64,000 bases of DNA, from the NCBI GenBank assembly GCA_021432655.1, contig MU271336.1, forward strand, positions 1 to 64,000, given 5' to 3'. The stretch's first letter is position 1; every line of letters starts with the position of its first letter. Origin of the DNA: Atractiella rhizophila. Taxonomy: Eukaryota. The notes under the pieces are model-generated. The model saw nothing but the letters and a program-made list of their open reading frames with translations, was not told the DNA's origin and made no database searches. A program made the position numbers and the translations under genes. Of this stretch, positions 48,628 through 60,801 are shown piece by piece.

Positions 48628-51246
48628 ATGGCCTTCACAGGAGATATCACAAATGTCCCTGCCTCAACAACTGAAGGAGGGCGGAAGAAGATGGTGCATC
48701 GACATTCCAGTGGGTTGTTTATTACCCAACGGAGATTGACCAATGACCCATTGACAGCTGTTGTCGAGCAATGTTACAAACTTTTGAAGATTTTCACCAC
48801 GCATCCATTGCCACCGGAACATGTAGAAGAGCTTGCAGATGATGTTCCAGGTGTTCCCAAGGACGAAATAGATGAACTAGAGTTACAAGGGGTTCGTTGC
48901 CATTCCAAACATCTTGATCTTACTGAAGAGAACACAGTGGGACTATCAAGGTCTCGCGGTGAGCACCAACTTGCATTTCTCCTCAGAGTTAAATAGCGTT
49001 GCGTAGGATGGCAAAGTGAGGACATACACGCGACGGCGAGCGGATCGAGAGGAAGCAGCCGCCGACTTCCAATATTACCATCTAAACGAGGAGCATCGAG
49101 AGCATGATATGATGCCCTGGGTTAGAGGAGACGGCTGGATAGAAGGGGATTGGAAGATCGCTGATGTTGTCGCCACAATTCGAAGCTACGACGCTCGCTC
49201 CACTTTTGATACTCGGTTAGATTGTCCGAATTGCAAAGTGAAGGAAATCCTGAACGAAACCGACAACATCGTTCATATGCACTATCATGCGATTTTCCCA
49301 GTAGCCGCCCGTGACGGCGTTGTTGTACTTAGTGAGGAGTGAGGGCTTAACCGCTGAGAATGCCATATTTGCTGATTGGCTGATTGGTTGACAGGGTCCA
49401 CCCAGAACAATCGTTGGCTTACATCATCGCTCGATCCGTGGATGACAGTCTTATCCCTCCCGATCCATCTACTTATCGGATGGCAACGCATATGATTGGC
49501 TGGGCAATCCGCAAATTACCCCATCCTCCCGAGTACGACGCACTCGCTCGAAGGAAGGAAGCTTCATGTCGGCGTTCTTCTCAGCCAGCTCCTTCCCATC
49601 CGTCCTCTAGCAATGTACGAGCTCCCAGCTTCTCACATACTTCTCAACTTAGCGACAAACGGCACTCGTCTTCATCTTCCTACAATCGACCTGTGATGCC
49701 CAGTCGAAGCTCCGCCTCATCCTCATCCTTTCAGTCTCTACGTCCACCAGCCCAGACGCCGACGTCGCATCGGTCGTCGACCAACTCTTCTCGTCCTTCT
49801 TCGCTACGGAGCATGGGTATCTTGCCCAGTTTGAAGTCTCGGCCAAGCGCCTTCGGCAACAGGGCGTCCTCATTCAGCACTCAACCGCGTCCTCCTGCAT
49901 TCCTAGGTGCGCCGCTAGCAAGGTCACAAACGACTCAGATCCCAGCGTCTACCCACCATTCTTCTTTTTCATCTTCCTCCCCTCTCCCACCCATATCGCG
50001 TTCGGATTCGCCAGTCTCCGACACCTCAAGTGAAGAAGACCTTCCGCCCAAAGCACCTGGTTTCCAGACAACATATCTTACCCGTCTAGATCCAGGCTCC
50101 ACTAATCGTAGGTCCCTTTCCACCCACATCACTAGACTCATCTTTCGATCGTAGCCAACTCGTTCCAACGAGAGCTTTTTATGCGTCAGTCAGTCATCAT
50201 CTCGCAGATGAACCTCTTCTTTCAAAAATATGGATTCGCTCCTTACTTACAGCGCGAAAATCGCAAACACGGTCTGGATTTAATAGACCAAATATTCGCG
50301 CCTCTAAAGGAGACCTATTCGGTGGTCTATAGATGTCATGAGGAGTTAGCTGGAGAAACCACGAAGATTCGTTTCTTTGGAAGCACTTTCGGCAATGGCA
50401 ACTTCACTATAAGGGTTGTTAGAGCCACAGATTGGCACGTCGAGTTCGACAATCCTCCAGAAAATGTACAACTGGACCAACCTGCTCAGCCGACTATTGA
50501 TGAAGAAGGATTGTACCAGCAGTCATCCATGACTTTCGAGAACCGTAGCCAGTCCAGTCTACCAGATAGTCTTACCCATACCCCAGATTCAAATAAAAAG
50601 CACCCCGGTCTCCCAGGATCCCTTGGTCCTTGCACTCTCGTGGTGAAGAACACAGTAATAGGAGTACCAATCCAAATCGTAATCGAAAGGACGAAAGAGA
50701 AGAAAAGCAAATCCAAAAAAGCCAAACGGGCGAACTGGGAAGCGAGCAATGTCAGCGAAGCAGCTAGAGTCCGTCTGTCTTTCTGTCTTCATGCGGCCTG
50801 ACTGACTTCTATGCCAGATTGCAATTGATCTCGGACGGACCTCAACCTTCGACAATATCGAGAACGGGCAGCGTATCCGAGGTCTCGATAACGCACGCGA
50901 GATCTTCCAGCGTCTATCATTGTTCAACAAAGAGCCAACTTCCCCCCGAGACCGCCGTCCATATCGACTTAACGACCCCTTCAGCCCAATCAGCAGCGCC
51001 TCCACTTCATCCCGCGTCAGTCCCGTCAGCAAGAGCTCGCAACCTTCATCCTCTACCGAATCATCGATCAGCCCTCTATCAGCACTATCCAGGAAGCTGC
51101 TGGGATCAGTTGCTTCTACAGCTCTGACTTCGCCTTCGAATACTCCAGACAGGTTCTCTGGCACTTCGAACCGAAATCCAGAGAGTGAGCCACCAACGGC
51201 TTCGAGCTCCTTCTTCCAAAAAGCACGAAGGCTCTCCGGCCTATAG
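48628..51246 (+). CDS. START/Bet v1-like lipid-binding domain protein with long Ser-rich insertion
   Basis: MPWVRGDGWIEG, YDARSTFD, IFPVAARD, ARSVDDSLIP, GWAIR; multi-exon; start uncertain. Confidence 0.65.
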
Positions 51247-51592
51247 CCTTGCACTTCAACTATGCCGGACACTGCTTCCTTGTTCCTTTTGTTTTGCTCA
51301 GTACGACATTTGGGTTGCTTTTCTTCGTTCTTGCTTTAATGGGACCTGTTGTCTGGCTTAGACGCGCCTTTCATACAGCTACTTGGCCGGACTATGCACA
51401 ACTGTTGGAAATATCCTTGTTCCTGCCCGATATTGTCCCACGTAGTGTTACAGCTATTCACAGTTGAAGATCAAGCAGAACCAGTTCCGCTTGGACATAT
51501 CAGTTACAATGATATCACGTCGTTGCTTTGTCATCTCGGTCTCAGTCCCTGAATCCTTATGAGCTCGCACAACATGTATCAAGCAATCCTAC

Positions 51593-52131
51593 TCACAGAA
51601 GAGAAAGCGTGACCTGCCCTTGGACCTGATACCATGAGGATCAACGCGTTTGTCTCAAACTATTAGGAGTGATTGGCTCAGAACTCTCACCTTCGCATGG
51701 AGTTCAACCTGAGCCTCCAGATCCAAATCTAGCCTAACCTGTGGCGCTGGGGACCCATCCGAATTCACTATTCTTCCGTTCTCTCCAACCGGACCATGTT
51801 TCTGCTCAACCGCCCCTTGCTCTCCCGACCGCGAGACTTCCTTTCCTGTCCCTACCTCCGACTTGGATATCGCTTGTTGGACACCTGAGGAAGATTGCTC
51901 GTCATTCTTAGGAATGTTGGAAGGAATCGGTTGTCTCCGATGCTGTTCTTCAGAAGCACTAGCCTTCGGAGGTGCATCGTGATCAGTCTCGTGATGCGAC
52001 GTCGCGGAGGATCGATGGGAGTCGACAGAAGAGGATCTAGAAGGAGGCGGAGAAGCTTCCGGAGAGGAGAGTGCTGAATTGTCGTTCGTTGGGTTCTGAT
52101 GTGAGGAGTTTGCTGAGGGAGATCGCGACAT
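51593..52131 (-). CDS. Small disordered fungal protein with conserved C-terminal motif
   Basis: Ends QVRLDLDLEAQVELHAK-(intron)-VQGQVTLSLL*, resembling the fungal LRLDLNLxVEIxLKAxIxGDxTL-type tail. Confidence 0.75.
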
Positions 52132-52458
52132 TGGTTTCTCAGAAAGCGGGAATCACGAAATAGCTTTGACAGTGATTTTGGATTATTGTGTTGTATCGGG
52201 GAATTCCTTCTCTAACATCTTGTCTCCTTTTATATCCTTGGAAGAGGCGAAAGAGAGACGAAATCCCGACACGTCAACGCAACGTCACTGGACGATCCTT
52301 TCAACAGGCACGTGACGCAATTACTGTAGCTTTCAAGGAATCTCTATCATGGTGTTATATCGACTGCGACAGGAGATGTAACTTGCAAAGGGTTCGTGGC
52401 TGGACCGCGAATTTGAGAGGTAGGCTGAGAAGGGCAGAAGAAGACAAACCCTAGCTTC

Positions 52459-54291
52459 CTACTCCATACGCTCCCGGTCCCGCTCCCGGTCCATTGTTTC
52501 AACGGCCCATTCTTCCTCAATTCCACTCGCTGTTCCTCGACAAGCAATGCACACAGCTAGCGCAACGATTGTCCAAGCGTATCCACCCAAGATATTATAC
52601 TTGATCGACGCCGCATAGAGAGTACTACCTGATATCAGAATGGAACTGGAAAGCATGAAGGATGACAGACCTCAAAGGAGCGGGTCCTATCAAGCTCCCT
52701 ATGTTCTCTACGAACTCAGTCAATCCGTTGGCAGCCCCCAGAGCAGTCGTCGATGGTGTGTGTGCCCGAACAAGGATGAGCTTCAAGCTATTCAGGGCAT
52801 CAATTCCTGAGATCCCATCCAAAACCTAAGGAAAGGCCAGCTCACGAGAAAGCGAGACAGGCAACACGGGAGAGGAACAGCACGATTCCCATTCCTATCC
52901 AAAGGAGTACAGGTGATGAAGAGAGAAGAGGGAGAAGTCCGAGTCCTGCAAAGGTCGGAATCCAGGCTATCAACGTGATCTTGAACATGCGCAACGCTGT
53001 CGTGCGCTTTAAGATGAGAGGAAGGGAGACTTTGAGGCATATAGAGACGAATCCGCCTATTGAGAGTGCGAGAGCGATTTGGGATGGCTGTCGTATGCCA
53101 ACCAAGACACGTTAGCAAACAGATGCGATTGTTGAAAGGGCAGGGAGAGAGCACAAACCGACAGTCCCAACTGTGTGTAGCCAACTAGTGCGACCATGTA
53201 GTTGAACGCGGATCCCAACATGCCGATTGCTCCACTGGCGAGACATAGTGCTCGAATAGAGGGTATCGAAAGCAGGTCGCGGGCTCTGTATGGGGTAGTT
53301 GTGGATACTTCGACTTCTGGATCTGGTAAAAATGGTTTCTCGACTTTACGGACGTTGGTCTATCCATCGCATTGAGCAATGGGCACCTTATCAGCGGGGA
53401 TGAACACGAACCTCTCGTAGAAAGAAGGCAGCTACGCCAGCTGAGAGCGCGGAGAGGAGAGCGACGACTAGGCAGGGGAGGAGGAAAGGGTAAGTTTTAA
53501 ATATTCCCGTGTCTACATCTGGAGATACCAGGTTCCCGCCAATCAGTGGTCTGTTTTCACTATCAACTTCCTGCAGCTCGCAGAATTGCTAATCGAAGCG
53601 AATGGAAACTAACCCTAGAATGAGACCAAGAGCGGCCATCACGTCATAGAAGGGGAAGACAGTCCGCCAGCCTTCTTGAGATGCAAGTTCGCCAACTATG
53701 GAATGCAGGACGCCAACTATTCCGGCGAATATCCCAACTGTCCAATCCCAGCATCCAAATCAGTCACCTTATCAATAACAGAGACAGAGAAGGGGAGGTA
53801 GATAGATACGCACCAAAGAAGCGTGTGAAGATGATGCGAGCAATGGTGGTCGATGTCCCGAAGGCAAGAGAGGTAAAGGAGAGTCCAAGCATTCCGATGA
53901 TGATAACGGGGACTCTTCCTATGTAATCTATTGCCCCCAAATGATCAGCATCGTCATTGGGACAAAAAAAGGATGGAAGAAGGAAGACAAAGAGACGAAC
54001 CGGATGCTCTACCCCAAACATAAACGGTGGATATATTTCCAAAAGTGTACGCAGTAGAGACCCAACCGCTATAGTACCCTACTTCAGCGGGGGTTTGTTG
54101 GTGGCCTGGGCGACCATGGAATTGAGGAAGGGGAGGATGGAGAAGGAGGTGAGCGGGATGGTGAGCTTGATGCCGAACACGGCCAGCAGTTGCCCTTTAG
54201 ATGGCACTGTCTTCTTGGGATTGGGGTGTCCAAGAAGAGAAGTCATTTCGCTGGCTGGTGTCATATCTTGTCGACGAATCGATCTGTCCAT
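52459..54291 (-). CDS. MFS transporter
   Basis: QLLAVFGIKLTIPLTSFSILPFLNSMV; IGRVPVIIIGMLGL; PLIGGNL; FKTYPFLLPCLVVA; ALGAANGLTEFV..IGPA. Confidence 0.88.
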
Positions 54292-55387
54292 TGCTTCAGT
54301 TTCTTGTTCTTAAAAATGGTAGATGATATATTTGAACACGATTGCAATAGAAATAGCTTCAGAACCCCTTTCTTTGAGTGTTTCCCATGAAGTTCTTTCT
54401 AAGAGCCTTCGCATAACAATGCAGTGCCAGCCTTATCACTTTCAAGCCAGCACGTGTAAGTGAAAGAGCGAAATATATTAAAAGACATCCAACTTCGGTA
54501 CAATGTATCTGACTATAAAGTATGGGATAGCATGTCGGTGAGGCGGACGAAGCGAGAGTATGGCTGCTCGGATGGCCATTAAACAAGGCCGTTTGTATAG
54601 CTACTAGTCCTCCATGCTGGCTTTGAGCTCTAGGTATTGACAAGGAATCCAGTTCTCCCAAACCTCTTTGCAGGTGACTCAGTAGATAGCACAAAAGCAA
54701 GTGCACTGGCAGGACAAGCGAACAATAATAAAGCTCAGAAAGATACAGAACGGTGTACATAAGACATACCTTAGTACCAGTAAAGGAAGGAATCTCAGGC
54801 TGATATCACCTCTCTGACGATTTCAGTCACCTAATAAAGCTTCGATTCCCCACATAAGTCAGTGCCACCGAAGTGTAAGCTGCACCACCGCACCAAATTG
54901 ACCGCCCATCACGCAAAATCGCGACTTCGTAGTTGCAAACAGTCACGTGAAATGCCTCTTATCCTTGAAAGTCACCAGTAACACAGATGTCCCTGCTTCA
55001 CGCCAGAGGTAACGGTAGCATTTGCTACTAGCAACACTTGTATGCAGCTCTACCATTACAACATCCAACTAAATAGCTAACTGGACTCTCTGCAGCTCTA
55101 TCTGCATCTCAATCGCCTTCGCCTTCCCAAGTTGTCCCGAGGCAGATTCATGAATCGGATCGCCATCTCGTCTTCGTCAGGAGCTCAGTCTCGCAACTTG
55201 AAGCGGAGTTTACCTGAACCATGCCCTTTTCATGCCTTCCCGAACGGGGAGAGCGAAAGAGAACGGGAGGAGCGGCCGCCGCCGTCAGGACTCATTCAAC
55301 CCAGCTATTTCAACTCTCCTCTCCTTGTCACCGGACTCGAATCCCCACGAGCGCAAAGTAGGAATAGGATAGCTTATCAACAAAAGG

Positions 55388-57536
55388 ATGTCCGGAATGG
55401 AGAACCCGCTGTCGAATATTTCCAGGAAGTCTGATGATCTTCAAATTGTCGAGGGAGAGGATCATCTTCGCAATAGTCATGATAATCATTCGGTTGATGC
55501 TACGAGGGAGGATAAGCGAAAAGGTCACGGCATGCGAGGAGTGCAGGTACTGAGGGAGGCGTTTCAGTTTGAATTTAGGGAGTGGACTTGTTTTGCTGTT
55601 TTGGCTGGTGAGGTGCGTTCTTTGCTTCCCGCGAAGCAGAATTCCTATATATCCTTAATTAATATTTCCAGTTGTTGGCCTTGGTGCAAACGATGGGTGA
55701 TTGACAACAGTCATTGGTCATAGTTGCAGGTTTGGGTGACGGGAGCGCAGGAGCGCTGATTCCTTAGTTAGTCCCTCTCCCTCTTCTCTTCCTGATTTGT
55801 GCTCTGCGTCTCTTATAACTATGCCACGAACAGCATGCAATCGTATTTCCACGTCTCTCACTCCGCCGTCTCCCTCATCTTTGTGACCCAAACCGTTGGC
55901 TACCTTCTCGCCTCATTCTCAAACAATTACCTAACTGATACGCTGGGCATGGAGCTCGTGCGTCTCTCCTACATCCATCCACACCGCAACGTACAAGGCT
56001 TAACGGAATCGATGGAACAGGTGATAGTCTGGGGTGCCCTGCAGCAATCCCTCGTGGGTCCCTTCTCTCCACCCAACAAAGCAGACGATACCGAATAATG
56101 ACCGTCCTGTAACCAAAAGAGCTACGCCCTCCTCGTCCCCTCCTTCCACTTCTCCCTCCTCCTCGTTCTCAACCTCTTCATCGGTTTCGGGGTCTGCATC
56201 CAAGACTCCGCCGCCTCCGTCTACGTCGGCTCTCGCCCCAATTCCAAGAACGCAAAATGGAAAATCTCCCTTCTGGAAACTTGTTATGGAGCCGGTGCCC
56301 TCGTTGGACCGTTTTTGGCAACGTTGATTGTGCAGAGTGGCGCTAGGTGGAGCTTCTTTTATATCGTGCAGGCTGCTGCTTGTGCTGTTAATGTTGGATT
56401 GTTGTGGGCGAGCTTCAGGTACGTTTTGGCGGGGAATGGAGGGGCTATGACCGATGGGGTTTTAGACCTAAGTTTAAGATGGGGAGGGCAGCGAAGGAAC
56501 GGAGCGGAGAAAGGAAGAAAGAGCAGGAAGAGGAAGGGGATCATTTGCACAAATTAAAAAGTACCTTGCGTAATAAACACGTCTGGTCTCTGTCTTCTTT
56601 CCTTCTTCTTATGGTTGGAGCGGAAGTCTCCATCGCTGGTACGCGAACTTCTTTGCTTTCCTTTCGTCGAAATTTGTCCAAGTTGACGATCTGTACGTTC
56701 AGGTTGGATCGTCTCTTTCCTCATCGAAGAACGTCATGGTTCCTCATCGTTTGTCTTCCATCCTTTGCGTCCCATGCATGCCTCATTGACAAGGGTCAAC
56801 TATCCAGCGCAGGATATGTCGCCACAGGATTCTGGTCTGGTTCGCTCTCCTTCAGTGCCCCCGTCCTCCAATCTCAACCTTTTTCTGATGTAACAGGAGT
56901 GATGCTTGGCCGCCTACTCTCTCCCAAACTGAATGGGTGGATAGGGGAGAAAAAGGTAGTGTTTTACTACATCAGCCTCGCTTTCTCCCTCGAATTTGTC
57001 GTCTGGTTCCTCCCCAACCTGCCTGGTAACGCCATCGCCGTCTCTTTCATTGGGTTGCTCATTGTTCGTCTTCCTTTGTCTTTTTCCTGCTAGATGCAGA
57101 TGGCGTCACGGAATAGGGACCAATGTATCCTCTGGCGTTGAATGTCGCGTTCAATCGCCTCCCGCGAGCCTTGCACGCAGGCTCCATATCTTTTATGACA
57201 TCCATGGGACAAACGGGTGCGCTCTCCACTCCATGAGTCTGCACACGACTGAAGCCTCTGGTGTCTGATATAGGCGCTGCTATATTCCCCTTCCTCACCG
57301 GTACACTCGCGCAACGATTCTGTGAGTCTGTCCATTGTATCATCCAACATGTTCGAGTTCCTAACAGGCAGACCATGGGTGAAGCGGTCAATGTGTTGCA
57401 GCCGATGATGCTCGTCCTCTTTGTTCTTATGGATGCTGCTTGGACGCTCGTCCCTTCACCACGACCCAGCGTTAGAGACCCAGAGGCGGAGACGGACGGA
57501 GAGTGTGTTCAAATGGAAGATAGCATGGCTGTATAG
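55388..57536 (+). CDS. MFS transporter, FucP/Bsc6-like
   Basis: GLGDGSAGALIP; VSLIFVTQTVGY; CYGAGALVGP; FLLLMVGAEVSIAG; GYVATGFW; GPMYP; GAAIFPFLTGTLAQ; VLQPMM. Confidence 0.9.
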
Positions 57537-57713
57537 GCGCGTCTCTTGTTTCATGGTCTGTTATATTCTAGATGATATGTTGAATGGTATATCAATGGAG
57601 CAAAGGTTAGACATAAAATACACGGAACATGTGTGTGCGATACAGACTTGCGAAAGTCCAAAATGCCAAGAAAACGCTTGCATATCCAAACCCTAGACCT
57701 CATTATCCTCTCC

Positions 57714-58791
57714 TCATAACTTGGATTGACCTGTTTTTCCATCAGCGAGATCTGGGAAAGGTTGATACGAAATGACTCACCTCCTTCCTCCATCTGCAAA
57801 AACAAATCCCTCAATCCCTTGATTCCTCTGGAAGCGTGTTGAGACACTGTCTCCTTCTCTACTCTCAGTAGACTATCATTGAAGACCTCCAAGCTCCAAT
57901 CGCCATCGTAACCCGTCTCCTTAACAGCCTTCGAGAACTCGATGACGGGTAAATACGCTCCAAGGTCCGTCTCGAGAGGAAACAGGCGATGAGATCTCGA
58001 CCATGGTCTGAGGGGAGGGATTGACGGATCTTCGGGAGGGAGGAGGGGAGGAGACATGAGTTTAGCGTCTGCGACCTGGTATATGAAGATCTTCTCCTTC
58101 GGTATCGTCCTGCTCAACTCCCTGAGCGACGCACGCAAGCTCTCGTCCGCCTTTTCTTGCTTTCCGCTGATCGAATATGGGTCCGCCCACTCCCTGGCCA
58201 ACGAGTTGAAGCTGTCGAGACATATTCCGACGTTGTCTCGGTTCGTCATCCTGATGACATCCCAAGTCTGCTTCCAAGTGCTCACCCTCGTTCCCCAACT
58301 CAGACCTTCGTAAGCCAATCTACAAGGCGGTTGGAGCTCGGCAAGCCGGTCAGCGAGCCATGTGAGGTCCTTCACTGCTTCTTGGGGGGATGAATGGAGG
58401 ACCTTAGCGGGGAAGTGTTGGAAGGGACAAGGAGGAGGTCAGTCCTTAGATGCGGGAGGAGGATGTAGAACTTTCGAGCGCGCTCGTAAGCGTCTTTCTT
58501 CTTCTCAGAATCCATCCATCCCTCGAAGTCACGCAGGGGCTGCAGGCAGCTGATCTTCAGTCCTGCCTGGGCGACAAGAGAACCAACTTCCTGTGCGGCG
58601 GCGATGGCAGTGGAGTCTTCGTCCTCGTCCTGCCCTTTTGAGTGGGCGTACGACTTTAGAAAGGCGAACCAGTCGTTGTCGAAGAGTTCAATGGAGCTGA
58701 ATCCGGCGCTGGACGCTGCTTGGATCTTCGCTTGGAGGGAATGTGAGTGGCAGTCTCCAAGTGAGAGGGAGGCAATTCCGAGCAGTGGCAT
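57714..58791 (-). CDS. Xylose-isomerase-like TIM barrel (AP endonuclease 2 fold), 3-dehydroshikimate dehydratase-like (QutC/Qa-4 type)
   Basis: LGIASLSLG..HSLQAKIQAASSAGFSSIELF; LQPLRDFEG; LAYEGLSWG; GICLDSFN; YQVADA; WSRSHRLFP; WSLEVFN. Apparent 1-bp frameshift at G6 run 58384-58389. Confidence 0.8.
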
Positions 58792-58848
58792 TTCGAACGT
58801 CGATGTCGCTGATCGATTGACGCTGCTCTAAATATTGTATGTTTGGGG

Positions 58849-59046
58849 GCGATAAACTGAAGGGAAGCCATCGAGTTTATCACTTCTTGCTTGCCTGGAT
58901 GAAAGCTCTTGACCGACTTGAAAGTTCTTCCACCACCCCGGGGTGCGATAAACTTTCTTCCACCTCCCCAGCGCCAAAAAATTGCTGCGACCATCTTTGA
59001 CATTGACTCGGAGGAGCTCTTCATTTAGTTCAGTGGAGTCTTTATC
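58849..59046. promoter_or_regulatory. Repeated GATAAA(CT) motifs in a divergent promoter
   Basis: GCGATAAACT at 58849 and 58945; AGTTTATC at 58874; CTTTATC at 59040. Confidence 0.4.
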
Positions 59047-59116
59047 ATCCATCTGGGGCACATATAAGTGGTGCATCAACGAAGCAACTTCAGCCCACTG
59101 CTACCCGATATCCATC

Positions 59117-60776
59117 ATGAGGTTCAGCATTCAGGAAGACCCAAGGGTGAGTCCAGTTCGACATCCCCAACGGTTTCAAATTTGCAGAGCAGCTGACGCT
59201 GAAAGTACTAGACTCCAAAAGATGTCTACAACTGGCGCGTATATCTCAGCGCAATTGTAGCAGGCTGTGGAGCCCTGCTCTTTGGCTACGACTCCGCCTT
59301 CATCGGCTCGTACGTTGCTCTTTTACCTAGCATTGCCCAAATAAATGTGGACCCCTGTTTACAGATTACTCTCTCTCCCATCCTTCCGCCGACAATTTGG
59401 ACTGGACACGTTGTCTACTAAAGAATACGCCGACACGAGCGCAAACATCGTCTCTATCTTCCAAGCTGGATGTTTCTTTGTACGCTTCCTTCTCCTTGCG
59501 CGCGAAGATGACGAGTATTAACGAGCTTCGGATTAAAGGGTGTAATATTCGCTTATCCGTGGGGGAGAACGCTTTGGACGTCGAAGCGTCATAGCTGGAG
59601 CTGCCGTGCTTTTTGTCGTTGGGTCCATCATACAACTTGTCTCGAGGAGTCTCGCCCCATTTTACCTCTCGAGGGTGCTGAACGGACTCGCTGTTGGCGG
59701 AATCACGTAAGTCTCCTCTCTCCAAAAGTATCGGTCTCTAGCGGCACTAACTAATAACATTGCAGCCTGGCGTGCCCAATTTAGTAGGCCAATTCCCAGA
59801 CTTCTTTGGCTGTCATTGATGTGCATATTCACTTTAGCATCGCTGAAATTGCGCCTCCGCCATTCGAGGACAGCTCATCGGCTTCTACGAGGTGGCATAC
59901 CAAGTTGCTGCCCTCCTCGGGTTCTGGGTATGTTTCGTTTCTCCTCTCCTCTTGACCTATCTCATACCTCGCCAACACAAATCAACTACGGTGTCAACAA
60001 GCACATGTCTCCCAAAGGAGATTCGCAATGGATGGTCCCCGTATCAATCCAACTCATCCCAGGGGGCCTCCTCTTCGTTTGTTTCTTCCCCTTTCTCCTT
60101 CTTTATTTTCTTATCAACGGGACAGCTTGGCACCTTCTTCATCCCCGAAAGCCCACGTCAACTCGCAAAAAGAGGCAACTACCCAAAAGCCCTCACCTCA
60201 CTCTCTTGGTTGAGGAACCTTCCACAAGATCACAGCTATGTGAACGAGGAGCTCTTCCAGATTCGTCAACAGATCGAACATGAGACTATGGGCTTGGCAG
60301 GACAGAAGAGTGGTGCGAGAAGGCTGTTTGTTGCACAGGTGAAGGAGCTGGGTAAGAAGGGAATCTACAACCGTCTTATCGTTGGTTCGCTTTTGATGCT
60401 GTACCAAAATGCGACCGGAATCAATGCTAGTTCGTTTCCCTCTTTTCTTCCAAATGACGCGGTGCTGATACTACATCTCAGTCAATTATTGCAAGTCCCC
60501 CCATTATCACTTCCATATTGCGTTCTAATATCCGTCATAACCAAAATATAGACAGTCCGTGCGTTGGTAAGCTCCACAAAAAGATGCCTAGCTAATGACA
60601 ACTTCAGAACCATCTTCAAAAGCATAGGTGTGACGGGAACGAACGCAGGTCTCTTTGCGACAGGAATCTACGGGGTTGTACGTGCTTTCCTGCTTTCCAC
60701 CTTCCTTACTCACCAAATACACAAAGGTTAAACTAGTCAGCTCACTCATTTTCCTCCTCTTCCTCATCGATCGAGT
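59117..60776 (+). CDS. qutD: Quinate permease-like sugar porter (QutD/Qa-y family), truncated by gap
   Basis: MRFSIQEDPR-TPKDVYNWRVYLSAIVAGCGALLFGYDSAFIG; AEIAPPPIRG; WMVPVSIQLIPGG; IPESPR; QNATGINAINYYSPTIFKSIGVTG. Confidence 0.88.
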
Positions 60777-60801
60777 NNNNNNNNNNNNNNNNNNNNNNNN
60801 N
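60777..60801. other. Assembly gap (25 N)
   Basis: Run of n. Confidence 1.
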
